DNA of 64,000 nucleotides, from contig MU054117.1 of NCBI GenBank assembly GCA_013239625.1, positions 3,038,011-3,102,010 on the forward strand. The letters run 5' to 3'. Below the pieces are notes generated by a model. The model made no database searches. It was not told the DNA's origin and worked only from the letters and a program-made list of their open reading frames with translations. The position numbers and the translations under genes were made by a program. This stretch comes from Lama guanicoe (Eukaryota). Below, in pieces: positions 56,880 to 64,000 of the stretch (position 1 is its first letter; the number at the start of each line of letters is the position of its first letter).

Positions 56880-58750
56880 CTTTTTGTGGCCCACTTGTAA
56901 ACTAATTAGGCTGTGGTCAGGGAAGGTGGACTCCACATCTTGATTCTTCGGCGTTTGTAGGGACGTGCTCTGTGCCTTAGTACCTTGTCAGTTACTGGAA
57001 TTATTTCTCGTGTGTTTGAAAAAACACGTACCTACCTCAGTTTGGGGTACAAGATTCTGTAGAGATCTGTTGGATCCGCCTTCTTCATTGTGTCATTCAG
57101 ATCGTGTGATTTTTGCCAATTTTCCTGCCACTCGATCTGTCAGTTGCCAGCCAGGCATATCTTAACATCTCCTGTGCAGATTTGTCGGTTTCTCCCTGAA
57201 AGTCAGTTGACTTCTTGCTGTTACACATTTTGAGGGTTCATAACAGATGAATACAAATTTGGATTTGTTGTGTCTTCCTGTGTATTTATCACTACACAAT
57301 GACCGTCTTCTTGCCTTAAGGACATTCACTCTGCTACCGCCTTAGAGCTAGTTTTGTTTTGATTAGTATTTATCTAGTGTACCTCTTTTTATCCCTTACT
57401 TTCCGTATTTTGGAATTCTGTTTTAGGTATGTACTTCGAAAGCAGCATGAGCAAGTTTTCTTTTCTATTTTTTTTCACGTGGAACCTGACAATTGTCTTT
57501 TAACTAGTGAGTGTAATCCACTTAAATTTATTGCGTTTCTTAGTATATTTGGATTTAGCTCCACCATTTCTTTTTGTACTTTCTATTTCCTCTGCTTTTT
57601 AATGCTCTTCCTCTGTCTTTGGGATTGATCAGAATTTCTCTGTTTCTCTCTTTCCCCCTATTAACTTAGAAATTACATGTTCTGTTTCTACTCTTTGAGG
57701 GGTTAACCTGAAACTTTTGTCTACCCAGCTGGACCTAAATTCTAAAGTTAATATTATCACCCTCCTCCTAACTAATATAAGGAATTTAGAACATTTTCCC
57801 ATTTTTTATTGAAGTATACTGGATATACAATCTTTTATTAGTTTATGGTGTACAGCAGAGTGATTCAGTCACACATATACATATATACACAAACACACAC
57901 ATTCTTTTGCATTATAGGTCACGGTCACCACAAGCCATTGAATACAGTTCCCTGTGCTGTACAGTAGGACCTTGTTGTTAATAGGAATTTAGAATATTTT
58001 AGCCTATCTTAATTGTCATTATCATACAGCATTTTAGATAGTTCCACTTTAGTTTTCTTATCTTCATGGCTGTTGTTTTTGAGCAATTAATGCGTTTTCT
58101 GGTTTTGCCTAGATGCTTACCAGCATCTTTAACTGCCAGTCCCTCTTGCCCCTGAATCTTTCCCTCTGAGTTCAGTGTCTTCCTTCCTAAAACACATGCA
58201 CCAGAAATCTTTTCCACAAGTGTCCTTGAATGATTCATTCTCTGGGTCATTGCTTAAAAATATCTTTCTTTCCTCTTGTTTTTAAATGACAGTTGAAGAA
58301 GGTAAAAACAAAGGCTGACCGTTTTTTTCCTCTCAGCACCTTGAAGATGTTCTTGTTGGCTTCTGGCTTCCACCGTCGCCTTTGAGAAGTCAGTCATCAG
58401 TTCAAATACGACTTCTTTGTGAGCAATCCACATTCCTCTCTTGCTGCTTTTAAGAGCTTCTATTTACTTTCGGTTTTTAAAGGTTTCCTATGATGTTACT
58501 GGATATAGGTTTCATTTTGTCTTTCTCAGGACTCATTTCCTGCCTCTGAAGATTCGTTTCTCATAGGTTCTGGAAAATTCTCAGCCTTTTGTCCTTTGGT
58601 TACACCCTCCTGTCCGCTCCGCGTTACCCATGTCAATTTAGTGTACTTTGTTTTTCTAGGTTCTGTTTGTTTCTGCAAATCTGTCCAGGTTGTCAGGGTT
58701 TTTTTCCATAGTCTTATGATTTTTTAAAATATGACGTTATAGTCTCTCTG
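56880..58750 (-). mobile_element. Old degraded L1 (endonuclease/ORF1-side region)
   Basis: T-rich antisense L1 phrases: 'ctgacaattgtcttttaactagtgagtgtaatccacttaaatttattg', 'ttttttcctctcagcaccttgaagatgtt', 'tttgagaagtcagtcatcagtt', 'ttctggaaaattctcagcc'. Confidence 0.6.
57798..57982 (-). mobile_element. Short L1 3' end nested in old L1, 18-bp TSD
   Basis: TSD AGGAATTTAGAACATTTT 57780-57797 and AGGAATTTAGAATATTTT 57983-58000 (1 mismatch). Confidence 0.88.
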
Positions 58751-59616
58751 CGGTAGCTCTCCTTCCTGAGAGAAGGCTCCTGGCTGTCCCCGCCCATGGC
58801 CTGTTGCATCTGCTGAGGTTTGCCGGGGCAGGTAGGAGACTGTAACTTCAGAGGTGAGGATGTGCTACATCTACCAGTCACGGGAGGTCCGAAGGAGCTG
58901 CCCTGAGCTTGGGACCTGCCAGGGCCATTTCTGTACAGTTCTCCACGGGGTCCCAGCAGTACCACCCACCAGAGATGACCTGTCGTTACACTGTTGACTT
59001 GAGGGCTCCTGGACCACCCACGTGGTGTCAGCACAAGCCCCCGCGCCACGCGCTGGTGAGCGCGGAGCTGTGAGATGACAGGGGCCCTTGTTCTTCTCCC
59101 TCGGTGGATGAACAGAATGCTTCCTTATAAACCTTTCCCTAGAGTTCCCTGAAAGCCCTCATTCCACCCAGCACAGTCCCAAGGCCTCATACTCAGTGTT
59201 TCTGTGGACCTAAAGAACCCAACCTAAATGAGAAAAATTAGAAGCCTAAAAACCCAGCCCTCCCCCTGCCCGCCCCAACTCCCAGGGTCACCCCACATCA
59301 CTTCACTCATTTTCAATTCCTGCTTCTTTTCTCCTGGGGGAATCTTTTTTACTTTCTTGTGAGCTCAGCTTTGCATGTAGAGAAATGTTTTGTTTTGTTT
59401 TTTTAATCCTTTGTTCAGCGTTTCTAGGAGTTTTGAGATAGAAGTGTTTTCAGGTCATCTAATCTGCCTTGTTGTAGGAAATGGGGACCCACCCAGACAT
59501 AACAGTCAACAGTGCTGATTTGAGTATTCCGCATCACCTAGATGTTAACAGTCCAGCTCTTTAGCCTGACCGCCAGAAAACAGTCTGGCCCATACGTTCT
59601 GTTTCCCATTACTCTA

Positions 59617-60140
59617 TTTTTTTAAAAAAAATTTTATTTTTATACAGTTTTTAAAGGTCACTTTCCATTTAAAGTTGTTACTGAATGCTGGCTGTATTCT
59701 CCATGTCGTGCAGTGCATCCTGGAGCCTGCCTTACACCCAATATTTGTACCTCTAAGTCCCCCTTTACTGACCCCCCTCACTGGTAACCACTAGTTTGTT
59801 CTCTGTATCTGTGAGTCTGCTTCTTTTATGTTATATTCACTAGTTTGTTGTATTTTTTCAGATTCCACATATAAGCGATGTCATGCACTATTTCTGTTTC
59901 TGACTTACTTCACTTAATATGATGATCTCCTGGTCCATCCACATGGCTACAAATGGCATTATTTTATTCTTTATTTTATTCTTTTTTCTTGCTGGGTAAT
60001 ATTCCATTGTATATATAAACCACATTTTCTTTATCCATTCATCCGTTGATGGGCACTTAGGCTGTTTCCATGTCTTGGCCATTGTAAATAATGTTGATAT
60101 GAGCATTGGGATGCTAGTATCTCTTTGAGTTGGTGTTTTT
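59617..60140 (-). mobile_element. L1 3' fragment
   Basis: ORF2 C-terminal peptide LFTMAKTWKQPKCPSTDEWIKKMWFIYTMEYY plus 3'UTR. Confidence 0.9.
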
Positions 60141-61261
60141 GTTTTGTTTTGTTTTCTTACATAAAGACCCAGGTCCATCTCTCTCCTCCTAACACCCTGC
60201 ATTCCAGCCACACAGACAACTCGCAGCTCTCTGAGCTCCACGCCTGCCCCGCCAGACTGGGGCTGCTCTGTCTTCTTCTCTCTTTTCACACACAGCCTTC
60301 TGTTCTCTGAGCAAACCTCACAGACTGGCTTCTCCGTAAAGCCCACCCCAGCCTCCCCCAACGTAATGAATCCACCCCTCCCCTCTGCTCCCACTACATT
60401 TGAAACTATCTGTTTTAGAATCCTTGTCACATTGAATGAAGCGTTTTCACTTCTTCAGTCTGTTCAGATCTTTCGGGGGGCTGGAGCCAGATATCACCCA
60501 TCATCCCTGACACGCAGCCCCATATGTGGCACACGGCAGAACCCCCCAAGTGCTACAGCAATTGTCTCAGATTATGAGGCCATTTAACTCTTGCCTAGAG
60601 AAATCAGGCTTGAAATTATAATACCTTTGTGTGTTTTAAGCTGTCTTGTTTTTGAGAATCTCCCCATAACTGTGAATTGTCGGTGGTGCTAGGTTGGTTA
60701 CAAGGCAGAGCAAACAGGTTCAGTCTAGCCTCTGCCCATCATTCTCACGAGGTGCTGGTCCTGATTCATGACCAAACTCCACCTTGCTGGCTGTGTGAGT
60801 CGTTACTCCCGATCACGGACAGACGGTACAGCTGCTGTAGCCCCGCAGCGTGGGGGCGGGCAGGGGGCAAGTATCCACTGAGCACATGAATAAATGTGGC
60901 TGAGTGTGCAGGGGGTGCTATGATGGAAAAGGGAACGTTAGTCAAGGCGCAGGCAGAGGAAGTCAGAAGATGTGTCTGACTCCACCGCTGGCCTCAGGGC
61001 TTCGGTTGCATCGCATTCATCTCTGTAGGTGCCTGGCAGGTGGACATGCACAGCGCGTGTGGACTAAGCAAACGAGTGGATGAGTGAATGAAAACAAATT
61101 ATATGCAAACTGAGTGAATGGGAACATTTCAGATCTAGAGTTACAGGGAGACAGAAACCAAAAGGCCAACATTTTGGATAAGAAGGGGAAAATTCATTTT
61201 CCTAAATCTTTTGGGTTTTGCTTCATCCGTGCCTGCTAGCCTTACCTGTCTGACTCTCCTG

Positions 61262-61700
61262 CCCATCTATCCATCCATCCACCCATCCACTTATCATTCA
61301 TTCTCTCAAGAAGCATCTTCCAGGTATCTTCTGTGAGCCAAGCACTGTGCTTTGGGCTGACAGATCTTAGTGTTGTGCTGAGAAAAACTTGAGGCTCCTC
61401 TAGCAGTAAAATGGTACCCTTGGCGTGCTGGGAGCTGATATTTCTCAAAACTTTCATTCATTCATTCATTTATTCAACAAGAATCTTGGAGCACATCCTA
61501 CCAGACAGCAGGGAATTTATGTCTTATTTTATGCATTGATTCATTCAGTAAACAATGTTTAAGCACCTTGTAACTGCCAGGCACAGACAAGAGCTCTGCT
61601 TTCAAAGAGCGCAGTGAGGATCGCAGTACGGTTTGGGGGAGAGGCCAGTAAGCTGATAAATACACTAGTGCAGAAAATGAGGAGACAAAATACTGCTGGG
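61262..61700 (-). mobile_element. Cluster of L2 3' tails with (CCAT)n/(TTCA)n
   Basis: Three antisense tails: about 61290, 61453 ('ttcattcattcattcatttattcaacaa') and 61540 ('ttcattcagtaaacaatgtttaagcacc'). Confidence 0.6.
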
Positions 61701-63204
61701 CTCAGAGTGCGCCTGGGGGGCTGCACAACACACACGGCACACGCGGCCGTTGTGGCCCCCGCCCTCCAGGGAGAGGGCTCCCAGGGACGATCGGGGTGCA
61801 GCCTACCTGGCCTCCTCGGGGAGTGCACAGGGGGGTGTGACCTGGCCTGAGGGCAGAGAAGCGGGGTCATGGAGAGAATGGAGCCAGACGGGCAGCCCCC
61901 ACGTGGGGGCCTCTCTGCCCTCACAGTGTGTCACCAGGGACACAGCCCCTGGCCCTGCGGTCCAGGCTGGCCCGCCTGCGCTGTCTGCTGAGAGCGCGAG
62001 TCTCGCCTTCAAGCCATTGCAACGGAGCCCGCGCCACGGCCCCTCGGTCAGGAACTTTGACTCCCCACTGACCTGGTTTTGAACTAATGACCCAGAGGTG
62101 AACGACTCCCTATTTCGTTACTAGTCCCCCACAGCCACCGCCCCCTCCTGCAGGCCCCCAGCGGGAGGGCTTGGCGAGCAGGGGGACAAAGTCCAGCCAG
62201 GGGCCCTGGACCCGTCAGCCACCGCGTGCACCCAGCTCCGGCCCCCGGCCATCTGGCCTCCTGCCTCCCCACCCACCCCAACCCCATGCTTTCGCCTGGC
62301 CTGACTGAACAGGTTTTGGAGGAGGCCAAGGTCACCGTGGGCCGACCTCCACAGATGGATTCAGCCCGAGAGTGCAGCTGTGGTCCAGCTTGACCGTGAA
62401 GGCTCAGGGCAGACACACTCCTTCCTCGGGGGACACGTCCCCCAGATGAGGTCTGAGCCTCCACCAGTTAGGGTCTGGCTAGAGCCACAGACTGTGGCTT
62501 GACTCCACTCCCCCTCCCCATTTCCTTCCAGACCCCCATCTCCTCACTTCCCAGGCCCACTCCCCGAGACACCCTCATCCCTTCTCCGCAGTCACTGTTC
62601 CAGGGAGAGGCCCTCCACCCGGGAGCCTGGGCGAACGCTGGTGGGAAGAGCCACCACTGAGCCACACTCCAGGGGTTCAGCGAACACTGGTCCCCACCGT
62701 TCACTGGGCGACGGAGGAGCCCGGCCCTCCTGGACCACAGGCTGGACGGTCCCCGCCGAGGAGTCGTGCTGGCTGGCGGATGCTCAGTGGGCTAGTGGTC
62801 AAGGTGCCAGAAGCATTCGATTCTTGTTCTGATGGGCATGTTTGCTCTGTGTTTCATACACAAAATACATTTTTTTTGTAGGGCTTAGGATACAGAGAAA
62901 TGGAAGTGCTTTGTCTTTTCTAAGAATTACGGCCTTAACCACTGCACTTTGAATTCACTTTTGTAAGCGCGTGTATCTCACGTACTGAGATGGTCCCTCA
63001 CACACCTGTTTCCTCCACTAGACCGTGGACTCCTCAAAGACAAGCGCCCTGTCTTATCCATCCTTGGGCCTCTCACTGGTGACTGAGGACGACAGCTATG
63101 CAGCCAGCCCGGAGGGAATCCTACTTCCATCCCTGGTCTCTTTGGATTTACTTTAGAGTCTGTTTCAACTATGGTCATACCCAGTGGTCCAGACACTCAA
63201 AATA

Positions 63205-63414
63205 ATCTGGGATTTCAAAATTGTAGAATAGATAAACAAGATTATACTGTATAGCACAGGGAAATACATACAAGGTCTTATGGTTGCTCACGGAGAAAAA
63301 AATGTGACAATGAATATACATATGTTCATGTATGACTGAAAAATTGTGCTCTACGCTGGAATTTAACACAACATTGTAAAATGATTATAAATCAATAAAA
63401 AATGTTAAAAAAAA
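63205..63414 (+). mobile_element. Young L1 3' end, same subfamily as 6476-6829
   Basis: Highly similar to 6628-6829 ('ctgggatttcaaaa...agataaacaagattatactgtatagcacagggaaatacatacaag...aaatcaataaaaaat'). Confidence 0.9.
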
Positions 63415-63494
63415 TCTGACGTGAAATGATTAAAATCAACATTTGCTGGAAAGATAGTCTTTTGATTTACACACTGGTGAGACAAATCCTGCAC

Positions 63495-63835
63495 AGTATC
63501 ACTTATATGTGACATCTAAAATCTACAACACATTGGTGAATATAACATAAAAGCAGCAGACCCACAGCTGTAGAGAACAAGCTAGCGGTACCAGGGGGAA
63601 GAGGGACGTGGGGAGGGAGGACGTGGGGGTTGGGGAGTAAGAGATACGACCTACCAGGCACAGGGCGAGCTGCGAGGAGACGTTGCACAGCATAGGGACT
63701 GTGGCCAAGGTTTCATAGTGACTGCGCGTAGAGGATAACCTTTAAAACTTGTCAGTCACTACGCTGTACACCTGTAACATGTAATATTGTACAGCAACTG
63801 TACTTCAATCTAAATTTTTTTAAATTACAGAGCAA
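63495..63835 (+). mobile_element. L1 3'UTR fragment (older subfamily)
   Basis: 'gtatcacttatatgtgacatctaaaa...gtgaatataacataaaagcagcagacccacag...cgctgtacacctgtaacatgtaatattgtacagcaactgtacttcaat'. Confidence 0.85.
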
Positions 63836-63837
63836 AT

Positions 63838-63868
63838 TGAAATGAAATGAAATGAAATGAAATGAAAT
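63838..63868. repeat. (GAAAT)n pentanucleotide microsatellite
   Basis: About 6 units at the L1 tail. Confidence 0.9.
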
Positions 63869-64000
63869 GGTGAGCTTCAAAACTACATGGTGTTCCATTC
63901 AGATGAAGCCAGCTTGTCCCCAGTCGTGAACAGTAACGCTCAGATTACACGTGGGGAGAGAAGGGTCTCGCCCAGTGTCAGCTGCAGCACGTTTCTTGCG

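Noticed and set aside
59888..60430. 180-aa ORF
   Set aside because: Chimera of L2-like sequence and the L1 ORF2 tail.
1..64000. Prokaryotic-type systems (CRISPR array, operon, defence island) or a new multi-gene system
   Set aside because: The sequence is mammalian, repeat-rich and almost entirely non-coding. No regularly spaced direct repeats, intact transposase/RT or gene cluster were seen.

Overview
Mammalian genomic DNA, most likely a camelid (camel/alpaca/llama), judged from four tRNA-derived vic-1-like SINEs and no recognisable Alu, Bov-tA/BovB, PRE-1 or SINEC elements. The only protein-coding sequence I can support is coding exon 1 of PARP11 on the minus strand (ATG at 4315, MWEANP, GTGAGT donor), with a CpG-island promoter at about 4.5 kb (ETS, CCAAT and GC boxes). 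Positions 1-4297 are PARP11 intron 1. The other ~59 kb is gene-free upstream DNA; by recalled human synteny this is the PARP11-CCND2 interval. It holds 5'-truncated L1 copies with target-site duplications, older L1, L2, MIR and CR1/L3 fossils, hAT MITEs (MER20, MER45A) and a Tigger transposase fossil. It also has several orphan CpG-rich patches and repeat-free, motif-dense blocks that look like distal enhancers or CTCF sites. I found no convincing novel biological system. The best leads are candidate IRF/GAS sites and a divergent spliced lncRNA at the PARP11 promoter, a same-orientation CTCF cluster, enhancer-like blocks, a long collinear CR1/L3 fossil and a micro-inversion inside an old L1. 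Repeat names and motif calls are by eye and need RepeatMasker or PWM confirmation. The other ORFs in the track look like repeat or GC-content artefacts.
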